A stretch of DNA of 64,000 bases. It comes from Rikenellaceae bacterium. GTDB lineage: Bacteria > Bacteroidota > Bacteroidia > Bacteroidales > Rikenellaceae. A model generated the notes under the pieces. That model was not told the origin of the DNA. It was given only the letters and a program-made list of their open reading frames with translations, and did not search any database. Each line of letters starts with the position of its first letter. Positions within the stretch are counted from its first letter, which is position 1. This document shows, in pieces, positions 7,750 through 17,185 of the stretch. Location: positions 204,403 to 268,402 of the forward strand of contig SUZK01000001.1 in the NCBI GenBank assembly GCA_015059955.1. The letters are read 5' to 3'. A program made the position numbers and the translations under genes.

Positions 7750-9375
7750 CTATTTGTTGTTCTCATCGCGATATTTGAGCGCCTCCTGGACAAAACGCAC
7801 GAACAATGGATGAGGATTTGCTGCCGTAGAGTGGTACTCTGGGTGGTACTGCGTACCTACGAACCATCGGTGTGTAGGTATCTCAACAACCTCCACAAGG
7901 TTGGTGTCGGGGTTGAGACCTACGGCCTGCATGCCCGCAGCCTCGAAGTCGCCGAGGAAGGTGCTGTTGAACTCGTAGCGGTGGCGGTGACGCTCGACGA
8001 TAGACTGAGTGCCGTATGCCTCCTCGACGCGTGAGCCCTTCGAAAGAAGACATGGGTAGCCACCAAGACGCATTGTACCGCCCTTGGCTGTAACCTTCTT
8101 CTGCTCCTCCATAAGATCGATAACAGGGTGCTTCGTCTGTGCCATCTCGCTTGAGTTAGCATCAGCCCAGCCGAGGACGTTACGTGCGAACTCAATAACG
8201 GCGCACTGCATACCGAGGCAGATACCGAAGAATGGCACGTTGTTCTCACGGGCGTAGCGCACAGCGACGAGCTTACCCTCGATACCACGGTTACCGAAGC
8301 CTGGGGCAACCATCACTGCCGACATCTTGCCGAGCTTCTCGCTTACGTTATCTATGGTGAGGTGCTCCGAGTTGATATAGTGAAGCTTAACCTTAACCTC
8401 GTTAACGGCGCCTGCATGGATGAACGACTCGCTGATTGACTTGTAGGCGTCGGGAAGCTCCGTATACTTACCCACAAGGGCGATGTCTACCACGCTCTTA
8501 GGGTTCTTGATACGCTCTACAAATGCCTTCCACTCGTTCATATCTGGCTCCTGTGTAGACTCCAAACCGAGCTTCTCAAGAAGCACGCCATCGAGGTTCT
8601 GCTCATGCATACGGATAGGCACCTCGTAGATTGTAGGTACGTCGATAGACTGCACCACAGCCTCAGGCGTAACGTTGCAGAAGAGGGCCACCTTGCGACG
8701 AATCTCCTGGCTTAGGTCGTGCTCCGAGCGGAGTACAAGGATGTCGGGCTGAAGACCATACGACAGAAGCTCCTTTACAGAGTGCTGCGTAGGCTTAGTC
8801 TTAAGCTCGCCCGATGCTGCCATGTATGGGATAAGCGTTAGGTGCACAAGTACGGTATTCTGGTAGCCAAGCTGGTAGCGCAACTGGCGCACCGACTCGA
8901 TGAATGGCAACGACTCGATATCGCCCACCGTACCACCAATCTCGGTGATGATGACATCATACTTCTTTGTAGCGCCCAAGAGCTGCACACGACGCTTAAT
9001 CTCGTCGGTGATATGAGGAATCACCTGTACGGTCTTACCCAAGAACTCACCGCTACGCTCCTTCTCGATAACACACTGGTAGATTTTACCTGTGGTGACG
9101 TTGTTGTTCTTTGTGGTCTGTATCGAGGTGAAACGCTCGTAGTGGCCGAGGTCGAGGTCGGTCTCGGTACCATCCTCCGTAACATAGCACTCGCCATGCT
9201 CATAGGGGTTGAGCGTACCTGGGTCGACGTTGATATATGGGTCGAGCTTCTGGATGGTTACAGAGTAGCCACGTGCCTGCAACAGGCGTGCAATAGATGC
9301 CGAGATGATGCCCTTACCGAGTGATGAGGCAACACCGCCTGTAACAAAGATGTACTTTGGTTTAGATAGTTTCAT
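7750..9375 (-). CDS. pyrG: CTP synthase
   Basis: 541 aa. N-terminus KYIFVTGGVASSLGKGI. Glutamine amidotransferase motif GICLGMQ. Conserved throughout. Confidence 0.97.
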   Translation of the reverse strand: MKLSKPKYIFVTGGVASSLGKGIISASIARLLQARGYSVTIQKLDPYINVDPGTLNPYEHGECYVTEDGTETDLDLGHYERFTSIQTTKNNNVTTGKIYQCVIEKERSGEFLGKTVQVIPHITDEIKRRVQLLGATKKYDVIITEIGGTVGDIESLPFIESVRQLRYQLGYQNTVLVHLTLIPYMAASGELKTKPTQHSVKELLSYGLQPDILVLRSEHDLSQEIRRKVALFCNVTPEAVVQSIDVPTIYEVPIRMHEQNLDGVLLEKLGLESTQEPDMNEWKAFVERIKNPKSVVDIALVGKYTELPDAYKSISESFIHAGAVNEVKVKLHYINSEHLTIDNVSEKLGKMSAVMVAPGFGNRGIEGKLVAVRYARENNVPFFGICLGMQCAVIEFARNVLGWADANSSEMAQTKHPVIDLMEEQKKVTAKGGTMRLGGYPCLLSKGSRVEEAYGTQSIVERHRHRYEFNSTFLGDFEAAGMQAVGLNPDTNLVEVVEIPTHRWFVGTQYHPEYHSTAANPHPLFVRFVQEALKYRDENNK

Positions 9376-9413
9376 AACGTATCGTTTTTTCTAATTCTTC
9401 AAATAATTATGGA

Positions 9414-11372
9414 CTATGCCTCGCCCTGCTGCTTCGACTCCTCCATGTCGATAAGGCGTACCTTCTCAATAAGCTCGGCCATCTCGCGCTTAGAACGCTC
9501 AATCTTCTCGCGTACATCGGCGATGAGAGCCTCGGCATTCTTCGACTTAGAGAAGAAGCCGATGTTGTTCTCCAAGAGGGCTATGTCCTGCTCCATCTGG
9601 CGCACCTTGTTGTAGAGCTTCTCGCGCTCGTTGCGTAGCTGGTTGCCGCCCTTCATGCCCGATACGCGCTCCTTGAAGCGGTTCATCGAGCGGTCGCGCT
9701 CCGATGAGCGTAGGGTAGCGAACATGGCGTCAACAACAGCCTTGTACTCCTTCTGCAAGGCATCCTTGTGCTTGATGGGCACGAAGCCTATCTGGCTCCA
9801 ACGACGCTGGAACTCCTTGACAAGGTCGAAGCCACCAGCCTTGATGTCGGCAGCGCGCATCTCCTCAAGAAGTGCCTGCTTGAGCTTGAGGTTCTCCTCG
9901 TGCTCACTGTCGATAGCCGAGAAGTGCTCGGCCTTGCGCTCGAAGAACTTGTCGCAAGCGGCGCGGAAACGCTTCCAGATGGCGTCTGAGTGGCGGCGTG
10001 CCACAGCGCCTGTCTGCTTCCACTTGGCCTGCAATGCTATAAGCTCGTCGGTGGCGTGCTTCCAGTCGTCCGACATGGCGAGTGCCTCAGCCTGTGCGCA
10101 TAGCTCCTGCTTTGCGAGGAGGTTCTGCTCCATCTCGCTCTTCTGGCCAGCGTAGTACTCGCGCTTAAGCTCGAAGAACTTGTCGCAAGCGGCGCGGAAG
10201 CGCTCGTATATACGGTTGTTATCCTTCTTAGGCGCATAGCCTATGGTCTTCCATACCTTCTGAATCTCGAGAAGCTCGTCACCAGCCTTGTTCCAATCCT
10301 TACGCGAGAGTAGAGGCTGCGAAAGGAGTGCCTCGGCCTTCTCGCAAAGCTCGCTCTTGAGGGCGAGGTTCTTGGTCTGCTCAGCCTTGATGCCCTCGAA
10401 GTGCTCCTGGTGACGCTTGTTGATGCGGCTCGATGCCTCCTTGAAGCGCTCCCACAACGACTCCTTGAACTCGATGGCCACAGGGCCTGTCTCGCGCCAC
10501 TCGTCGTGGAGCTTCTGGAGCTTGCGGAATGCCTCGACAATCTGGCTCTCGAGGGCCAATGCCTCGGCCTGCTCACATAGCGCGAGCTTCACCTCGTAGT
10601 TCTTCTTGAGGTCGAGGTCGCGGAGCTCCTTGTTTATCTTAATGAAGTTGTAGAAGTTCTCGACATGGAGATTGTATGTCTCCCACAAGTCCTTGACGTT
10701 CTGCTGTGGTACCAAGCCTGTCTCCTTCCACTTCGTCTGCAATTCGCGGAAGCGTGCAAAGGTGGTGTTCATCGTCTCGTCAGAGTTGATGAGCTCCTTC
10801 AGCTCGTCGATAATCTGCAACTTTATTTTGAGGTTCTTCTCCTTGTCTGCCTCAATCATTGCGATATGCTTGTCGCGTGCCTCGCGGTATACTGCGAATA
10901 GCTCCTTGAAGCGCTGCTCGTCGGCGTCGGGTGTTGCTACAAATGCCTCAGCATCGCCACCCGCCTCGATGAATGCCTTGCGCTCGGCGTCGACATGTGC
11001 GCGGTGCTGCTTATATAGTGCTATCTTGATGGCCTCGACTACTGGGCGTAGCGTCTGCACAGGCTCCGACTCAATCTTCTGGGCAAAGAGGGCAACCAGC
11101 TCGCTCTCGCTCATATTCGATAGGTCGTCACCAGCAACGGGTGCTGCCTCCTGCTCCTCGGCAGTCTCCTCACCAATCTCAAGGCCTGCGGCATCGGCAG
11201 CGAGGGCTGCCTCCTCCTCGGCGAATGTCTCGCTCATTGATGGTGTAGACTCCTCAAGGGGTCTCTGCTCTGCTGCCACCTCTGTGGCACATGTAGTAGT
11301 CGTCTGCGTATCTTCGGCGTTGTTGCCGACAGGCTCCGTGGGAGCCGTAAGGTTAATCTTTTCAGTAGCCAT
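9414..11372 (-). CDS. DUF349 domain-containing protein
   Basis: 652 aa with an acidic low-complexity N-terminus. It then has repeated about 75-aa helical units with recurring W..(F/W)K..G and CDKFFE-like motifs typical of DUF349. Confidence 0.75.
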   Translation of the reverse strand: MATEKINLTAPTEPVGNNAEDTQTTTTCATEVAAEQRPLEESTPSMSETFAEEEAALAADAAGLEIGEETAEEQEAAPVAGDDLSNMSESELVALFAQKIESEPVQTLRPVVEAIKIALYKQHRAHVDAERKAFIEAGGDAEAFVATPDADEQRFKELFAVYREARDKHIAMIEADKEKNLKIKLQIIDELKELINSDETMNTTFARFRELQTKWKETGLVPQQNVKDLWETYNLHVENFYNFIKINKELRDLDLKKNYEVKLALCEQAEALALESQIVEAFRKLQKLHDEWRETGPVAIEFKESLWERFKEASSRINKRHQEHFEGIKAEQTKNLALKSELCEKAEALLSQPLLSRKDWNKAGDELLEIQKVWKTIGYAPKKDNNRIYERFRAACDKFFELKREYYAGQKSEMEQNLLAKQELCAQAEALAMSDDWKHATDELIALQAKWKQTGAVARRHSDAIWKRFRAACDKFFERKAEHFSAIDSEHEENLKLKQALLEEMRAADIKAGGFDLVKEFQRRWSQIGFVPIKHKDALQKEYKAVVDAMFATLRSSERDRSMNRFKERVSGMKGGNQLRNEREKLYNKVRQMEQDIALLENNIGFFSKSKNAEALIADVREKIERSKREMAELIEKVRLIDMEESKQQGEA

Positions 11373-11425
11373 CGCTCACTTGTTTTAAGGTTGATTATTA
11401 CGCGCGCGGTGCGCATATATTTCCG

Positions 11426-11433
11426 CAAATATA
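11426..11433 (-). promoter_or_regulatory. -7 promoter box TATATTTG for the DUF349-pyrG-yidC unit
   Basis: The reverse complement of CAAATATA matches TAnnTTTG, 54 nt upstream of the ATG at 11372. Downstream intergenic gaps are only 38 and 59 nt. Confidence 0.45.
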
Positions 11434-11649
11434 ATAAATCTTTTTCAAACTCCGCCGTTTGGCAACTATTTATTTGTTCGAGTGTCCCTGTCGAGTGTGG
11501 TGAAAAATACCAAAATTGGGTTGTATGTCAAGTGTGTAAAAGGGTATAATTATCGTGGGTGTGACTATAAATGTTAGGGGTGTTTTCGAGTGAAAAATCG
11601 AGGGGTGAAAAAAAGTTTGAAAAATATTGGAAAGTCCCCCGATTTTTAT

Positions 11650-11657
11650 TAACTTTG
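11650..11657 (+). promoter_or_regulatory. -7 promoter box TAACTTTG for ackA
   Basis: Exact TAnnTTTG match 66 nt upstream of the ATG at 11723. Confidence 0.45.
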
Positions 11658-11722
11658 TTACGTTTTTTAGACCCCAGTGTGTGAAACGTCAATAACAACA
11701 ATAACTATAAAACACTACAAAG

Positions 11723-12925
11723 ATGGTAATTCTTGTACTCAATTGCGGTAGCTCATCAATCAAGTACCAGGTGCTTGATGTGAATGATGCAGAGCAGAAG
11801 CTCCTCGCCAAGGGCTTGGTGGAGCGTATCGGTTTGGCTGAGGGTGACCTAACTCACAAGCCTCAGGGTAAGGATAAGTTCGAAATGCACTGTCCTATTC
11901 CTGATCACACAACAGGTATTCGCCTCGTTTTGGATGCCCTCACTCACGCTGAGCACGGTGTGATTAAGTCGCTCGACGAGCTTAAGGCTGCGGGTCACCG
12001 TGTGGCTCACGGCGGCGAGTTCTTCCACGATAGCTGCCTCGTTGACGAGGAGGTGAAGGCTAAGATTGAGTCGTTGTACTCGATTGCTCCATTGCACAAC
12101 CCAGCCAACCTTGAGGGTATTCTCTCTATGGAGAAGGTGCTTCCAGGTATCAAGCAGGTAGCCGTATTTGACACCTCTTTCCACCACACTATCCCTGCCA
12201 TCAACTACATGTATGCTATTCCTTATGAGTACTATGAGAAGTATCGCGTTCGTAAGTATGGCTTCCACGGTACAAGCCACAAGTTTGTAGCACGCGTAGG
12301 TGCTGAGATGTTCGGCCTCGACTTCGAGAACTCGAAGATTGTAACTTGCCACATCGGTAATGGTGCTTCGGTTACGGCTGTTAAGAACGGCAAGTCGTTC
12401 GATACATCTATGGGCTTCACTCCACTCGATGGTCTTGTGATGGGTACTCGCGCTGGCTCTATGGACGTAAGCGCCGCTACATACGTTGCCGAGAAGGAGG
12501 GTATGACATACAAGGAGCTCGACACTATGCTCAACAAGAAGTCGGGTGTTCAGGGCCTTACTGGTATCTCAAGCGATATGCGCGACATCGACGCTGCCTA
12601 CGACGAGGGTAACGAGCGCGCTATCATGGCTCGCGATATGTACTTCAACCGCGTTAAGAAGTTCGTGGGTGAGTATGCTGCCGAGATGGGTGGCCTCGAC
12701 CTCGTTATCTTCACCGGCGGTGTAGGCGAGAACTCTCCTGAGTTGCGCGAGTATGTACTTCGCAACATGGAGTTCATGGGCATAGAGTTTGATGAGGTTC
12801 GCAACCGTGGCAAGCGTGGCACCGACTACGAGATTACTAAGGAGGGCTCACGCGTTAAGGCGGCTGTCATCTGCACCGACGAGGAGCTCGTGATTGCCAA
12901 GGATACATACAGACTTACAAAATAA
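11723..12925 (+). CDS. ackA: Acetate kinase
   Basis: 400 aa. N-terminus VLNCGSSSIKYQV, with the HRVAHGG and GFHGTSH motifs of the acetate/propionate kinase family. Confidence 0.93.
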   Translation: MVILVLNCGSSSIKYQVLDVNDAEQKLLAKGLVERIGLAEGDLTHKPQGKDKFEMHCPIPDHTTGIRLVLDALTHAEHGVIKSLDELKAAGHRVAHGGEFFHDSCLVDEEVKAKIESLYSIAPLHNPANLEGILSMEKVLPGIKQVAVFDTSFHHTIPAINYMYAIPYEYYEKYRVRKYGFHGTSHKFVARVGAEMFGLDFENSKIVTCHIGNGASVTAVKNGKSFDTSMGFTPLDGLVMGTRAGSMDVSAATYVAEKEGMTYKELDTMLNKKSGVQGLTGISSDMRDIDAAYDEGNERAIMARDMYFNRVKKFVGEYAAEMGGLDLVIFTGGVGENSPELREYVLRNMEFMGIEFDEVRNRGKRGTDYEITKEGSRVKAAVICTDEELVIAKDTYRLTK

Positions 12926-12955
12926 TGGAATTAACAAACTAAAACCTAAAACTAT

Positions 12956-13858
12956 ATGATTAAGCATTTGGATGAGATCGTTGCTGCGGCCGTTGCTCGT
13001 GGCAAGAAGAAGATGATTGTGGCTTATGGCCAGGATACCCACTCTATCGGCGCTACCGATATGGCTATCAAGGCGGGTCTTGCTGAGGTAACCTTGGTTG
13101 GTGACCCTGAGGAGATCAAGAAGTCTTGCGAGGCTGAGGGTGTAGATATGAGCCAGTATACCATCATCGCTGAGTCTGAGGACGTAAAGGCTGTTGAGAT
13201 TGCTGTTAAGGCTGTCCACAACGGTGAGTACGACGTATTGATGAAGGGCGTTGTTCCTACCGACAAGTACATGCGCGGTATCCTTAACAAGGAGTGGGGC
13301 TTGTTGCCAGCCGGCACAACCTTGAGCCACGTAACCGTATTGGAGGTTCCTGCATACCACAAGCTCCTCGTAGTGAGCGATGTAGCTGTTCTTCCATGCC
13401 CAACATTGGAGCAGAAGAAGCAGATTGCTAAGTACCTCATCAACACAGCAAACAACCTCGGCATCGAGAATCCTAAGGTGGCGCTCATCGCACCAAGCGA
13501 GCAGCTCCTTCCAAAGGTTGTCAGCTCGGTAGAGGCTAAGGAACTTTCTGACCTCGGTCAGGCTGGCGAGCTTGGCAACGCTCAGTTCCAGGGTCCTTTG
13601 GCACTCGACGTAGCTATCGACGAGGAGAGCGTTAAGATTAAGAAGCTCACAGGCCCTGTTGCTGGTGATGCAGACTGCTTGCTCTTCCCTAACCTCGAGT
13701 CAGGTAACGTATTCTTCAAGGCTTGCTCTAAGTTCGGTGGCGCTGAGTTGGCAGCAATGGTAGCTGGTCCTATGGCTCCTTGCGTGTTGACCTCACGTGG
13801 CGACTCAACTAAGACCAAGCTGTACTCTATCGCGTTGGCTTGCTTGTCAGCAAAATAA
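12956..13858 (+). CDS. ptb: Phosphate butyryltransferase (PTA_PTB family)
   Basis: 300 aa, collinear by eye with clostridial Ptb (MIK..., LVGD..EI, MKG, SHV.V.E, IENPKVA, DGPLALD, GNV.YK, VLTSR.DS...K..SIALA). Confidence 0.88.
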   Translation: MIKHLDEIVAAAVARGKKKMIVAYGQDTHSIGATDMAIKAGLAEVTLVGDPEEIKKSCEAEGVDMSQYTIIAESEDVKAVEIAVKAVHNGEYDVLMKGVVPTDKYMRGILNKEWGLLPAGTTLSHVTVLEVPAYHKLLVVSDVAVLPCPTLEQKKQIAKYLINTANNLGIENPKVALIAPSEQLLPKVVSSVEAKELSDLGQAGELGNAQFQGPLALDVAIDEESVKIKKLTGPVAGDADCLLFPNLESGNVFFKACSKFGGAELAAMVAGPMAPCVLTSRGDSTKTKLYSIALACLSAK

Positions 13859-13891
13859 TAAACCATTATCAACCGACTAAAAACCATAGAA

Positions 13892-14959
13892 ATGGCTTAT
13901 AATATATTAACCATTAATCCTGGTTCGACCTCTACGAAGGTTGCGTTGTTCCGCGACATGGAGCAGGTGAAGACTCTCACCTTGCGTCATACTGCTGAGG
14001 AGATTGCGCGCTTTGCATCGGTGTCGGATCAGTTGGAGTGGCGTCTTGAGATTATCCTCGATGCCTTGAAGAGTGATGGCATCAAGCTTGAGGACCTTAA
14101 CGCAGTCATCGGCCGTGGTGGTCTTATGCGCCCTATTGAGAGTGGTGTATACCGCGTAGGTGAGACTATGATTGCCGACCTCGCAGCTCCTAAGCGCCAG
14201 CATGCCAGCAACCTCGGTGCCCTCATAGCACGCAGGATTGCCGACGAGGCGGGTGTTGAGGCATATATCGCCGACCCTGTTGTTGTTGACGAGTTGCAGG
14301 ACATCGCACGCGTGAGCGGTCTTAAGTCTATGCCACGTCGCTCTATCTTCCACGCTCTAAACCAGAAGGCTATCGCTCGTCGCTATGCTGCTGAGGAGGG
14401 TGAGAAGTACGAGGATCTCAACCTTATCGTTGTTCACATGGGTGGCGGTATCTCGGTATCGGCACACGAGAAGGGTCGTGTTATCGACACTAACAATGCC
14501 CTCGATGGTGATGGCCCAATAGCTCCTGAGCGCGCAGGTACTCTTCCTGCAGGTGACCTTGTAGACCTCTGCTTCTCTGGTGAATACGACAAGGTAGCCA
14601 TCAAGAAGATGCTTGCAGGTAAGGGTGGCCTTGTAGACCATGTAAACTGCAACTCTGTGCAGGAACTCAACGAGGTACGTGCAGCAAATGGCGATGCCGA
14701 GGCTCGCTTCATGCTCAATGCCATGTCTTACACCATCGCTAAGTGGATTGGTGAGATGGCCGTAGTGCTCAAGGGTCGCGTAGATGCTATCCTTCTCACT
14801 GGCGGTATCGCCTGGAACGACTGCGTAAACGATGTCATCGTCGACTACTGTAAGTTCATCGCTCCTATCAAGATTTATCCTGGTGAGAACGAGCTTGAGT
14901 CGTTGGCAGAGAATGCGTTGCGTGTGTTGAGGGGTGAGACTGAGGCCAAAGAGTACTAA
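13892..14959 (+). CDS. buk: Butyrate kinase
   Basis: 355 aa. N-terminus ILTINPGSTSTKVALF, ASNLGA, and the HMGGGISV motif of butyrate kinases. Confidence 0.92.
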   Translation: MAYNILTINPGSTSTKVALFRDMEQVKTLTLRHTAEEIARFASVSDQLEWRLEIILDALKSDGIKLEDLNAVIGRGGLMRPIESGVYRVGETMIADLAAPKRQHASNLGALIARRIADEAGVEAYIADPVVVDELQDIARVSGLKSMPRRSIFHALNQKAIARRYAAEEGEKYEDLNLIVVHMGGGISVSAHEKGRVIDTNNALDGDGPIAPERAGTLPAGDLVDLCFSGEYDKVAIKKMLAGKGGLVDHVNCNSVQELNEVRAANGDAEARFMLNAMSYTIAKWIGEMAVVLKGRVDAILLTGGIAWNDCVNDVIVDYCKFIAPIKIYPGENELESLAENALRVLRGETEAKEY

Positions 14960-14969
14960 TTTTATCCGA

Positions 14970-15108
14970 TTTTATCGTGATAAGGCATCATCTACTGCCG
15001 CTAACGAATTATCAGAAGCAATGGGCAGTACGCTGAGTACAGCCCATCGCTTTGAAATTCGCCGAGCGTTGTATCTAATGCCTTCTAACGATAAAATGTC
15101 TTTGTGCT
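14970..15108 (+). repeat. PIE-family element plus spacer, tandem unit A (139-bp period)
   Basis: TIRs TTTTATCGTGATAAGGCAT / ATGCCTTCTAACGATAAAA and central hairpin AGCAATGGGC..GCCCATCGCT. It starts 10 nt after the buk stop. Confidence 0.85.
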
Positions 15109-15247
15109 GATTGTCGTGTTAGGGCATCATCTACTGCCGCTAACGAATTATCAGCAGCAATGGGCGGTACGTTAAGTACAGCCCATCGCTTTGAAATTCG
15201 CCGAGCGTTGTATCTAATGCCTTCTAACGATAAAATGCCCTTGTGCT
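15109..15247 (+). repeat. PIE-family element plus spacer, tandem unit B
   Basis: Near-identical direct copy of 14970-15108 with only a handful of substitutions by eye. The landmark GCATCATCTACTGCCGC recurs exactly 139 bp later. Confidence 0.85.
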
Positions 15248-15293
15248 GAATATCGTAGGCGATAAATTGTTGCGCTAACAAACGCATATAACG

Positions 15294-15710
15294 ATGAAAA
15301 TCTTGATTATCAACGGGGCGAACCTCAATCTTTTGGGGCGTCGCCAACCTGAGATATACGGTCGTGAGAGCTTCGAGGATACCCTCGAGGCTCTTCGCGC
15401 TCGTTACTCAGAGAATACCATCGACTACTATCAGTCGAATGTCGAGGGTGAGATTGTCAATGCCTTGCAGCAGGCTGACGGCATCTACGACGGCATTGTC
15501 CTCAATGCTGGCGGATATACCCACACATCGGTTGTGATACGCGATGCTATCGCCGCTATCGCCGTGCCTGTGGTTGAGGTACACATATCATCTATCCTCG
15601 CACGTGAGGAGTTTCGCCACCAGTCGATGATAGCACCCGTGGCGAAGGGCACCATCATGGGCTTCGGTATGGAGTCCTACCGTCTTGCCATTGAGTACTT
15701 TATCCATTAG
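15294..15710 (+). CDS. aroQ: Type II 3-dehydroquinate dehydratase
   Basis: 138 aa. MKILIINGANLNLLGRRQPEIYG and the GYTHTSVVIRDA motif. Confidence 0.95.
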   Translation: MKILIINGANLNLLGRRQPEIYGRESFEDTLEALRARYSENTIDYYQSNVEGEIVNALQQADGIYDGIVLNAGGYTHTSVVIRDAIAAIAVPVVEVHISSILAREEFRHQSMIAPVAKGTIMGFGMESYRLAIEYFIH

Positions 15711-15731
15711 TAATCAAATTACTAATTCTAT

Positions 15732-17174
15732 ATGAAGTTAGAGCGTAAGGTCGCATCGGGTGTGGCATGGAGCTTCTCTGAAAAACTCCTGACGATGATT
15801 ATACAGATGGTCGTGAGCATCGTCGTGGCCCGTGAGCTTATGCCCGAAGACTTCGGCGTCATGGCTATCATGACCTTCTTCTGCTCCGTAGCACTCACCA
15901 TCGTCGATAGTGGCTTCTCGCAAGCGCTCATCCGCAAGGCTGAGCCATCGGACGAGGATTATATATCGGTGCTATCGTTCAACGTCATAGTATCGCTGCT
16001 CCTCTACGGAGTACTCATTGCCGTAGCGGCACCCATAGCACACTTCTACAACCAACCAGTAATTACTGATATCGCTCCTGTACTCTTCCTGCTGCTACCC
16101 ATTAACTCGCTATGTGTGGTGCAGACGGCGATGTATACGCGCGAGCTTCGCTTCAAGCTCCTTTCAAAAATTGTATTCTCGGCATCACTCATCAGCGGTG
16201 TTGTCGCCATTGTCATGGCCTTTATGGGGTGTGGCATATGGGCACTTGTTGTGCAGCGCCTGTTGATGATGGGCATCAAGGCTACCGCCTTTTGGGTTGT
16301 GCGTCGTTGGCGTACGTCGGCACGACCATCCATGTCGTCGCTACGTGCGATGGCACCATTTAGTCTACGACTACTCGCCACTGATTTGGTGGCATCTATA
16401 TATAATAATGTAGCACAGCTATTCATCGGCAAGGTCTACTCTACGACATCGCTGGGTTACTACTCGCAAGCTCAAAAGCTCAAGGACCTGCCGGTATTAT
16501 CTACTGTTCAAGCTGTGCAGGGTGTCACCTATCCCGCACTATCGCGCATGGAGAGCAACCGCGAGGAGTTTGTAGAGGGCTATCTACGCATTATGCGTAT
16601 GGTGGGCTTTGTGATATTCCCCGCCATGCTAATCTTTGTTGCGATAGCTCCCGAGATGTTCTATCTACTGCTTGGCGCCAAGTGGATGCCCACGGTGCCC
16701 TACTTCGAGATACTCGCATTGTCGGGCTTGACATACCCTTTGGCGGCGGTGTCGTATAACATCCTAAAGGTGGTCAGCGATGGTCGTGTGATACTGCGCT
16801 TGGAGATTCTTAAACGCCTGATTATGACCCTTGTACTCGTATATGCCATACCACGTGGCATAGAGCCCGTGGCGTGGGGTATGACTGCCATGGGCGTTGT
16901 GGAGCTTGCTCTCAATAGCGTTGTAGCTTGTCGTCATATCGACCTTGGCGTAGGGCGTGTTGCGAGGGTGTTGCTATCATCGTTTGTGTTGGCGGCGGCG
17001 ATGTTCGGAGCGTTGTATCTTCTAAATCCATATATCGAGCATCTGCACGTTGCTGCCCACCTCGCAATAGATATCGCTGTGGCAGCCACCATCTATCTCT
17101 CTATGGCCTTCATCTTCCGCCTACGTGCCATTCGTGAGGGTATTACTCTGCTGAAAGGACTTTTCAATAGATAG
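15732..17174 (+). CDS. Wzx-like oligosaccharide/polysaccharide flippase (MOP superfamily)
   Basis: 480 aa, polytopic with about 12-14 hydrophobic helices. The N-terminus (K..SG..WS..EK) is typical of the polysaccharide biosynthesis protein family. Confidence 0.75.
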   Translation: MKLERKVASGVAWSFSEKLLTMIIQMVVSIVVARELMPEDFGVMAIMTFFCSVALTIVDSGFSQALIRKAEPSDEDYISVLSFNVIVSLLLYGVLIAVAAPIAHFYNQPVITDIAPVLFLLLPINSLCVVQTAMYTRELRFKLLSKIVFSASLISGVVAIVMAFMGCGIWALVVQRLLMMGIKATAFWVVRRWRTSARPSMSSLRAMAPFSLRLLATDLVASIYNNVAQLFIGKVYSTTSLGYYSQAQKLKDLPVLSTVQAVQGVTYPALSRMESNREEFVEGYLRIMRMVGFVIFPAMLIFVAIAPEMFYLLLGAKWMPTVPYFEILALSGLTYPLAAVSYNILKVVSDGRVILRLEILKRLIMTLVLVYAIPRGIEPVAWGMTAMGVVELALNSVVACRHIDLGVGRVARVLLSSFVLAAAMFGALYLLNPYIEHLHVAAHLAIDIAVAATIYLSMAFIFRLRAIREGITLLKGLFNR

Positions 17175-17185
17175 AGTCTATTGTC

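Noticed and set aside
10672-11388. 238-aa plus-strand ORF inside the DUF349 gene
   Set aside because: It is antisense to a long gene with a clear repeat architecture. The product is Ser/Ala/Cys-rich and low-complexity, as expected for GC3-rich antisense frames.
11440-11640. Repeated words (CGAGTG three times, GTGAAAAA three times) upstream of ackA as a possible regulator-binding array
   Set aside because: The words are short and irregularly spaced with no dyad symmetry, so the support is insufficient to call a site.
14970-15247. Possible CRISPR array, given the direct repeats
   Set aside because: There are only two 139-bp units with no unique spacers between short repeats. The units are copies of the palindromic element family and no cas genes are present.
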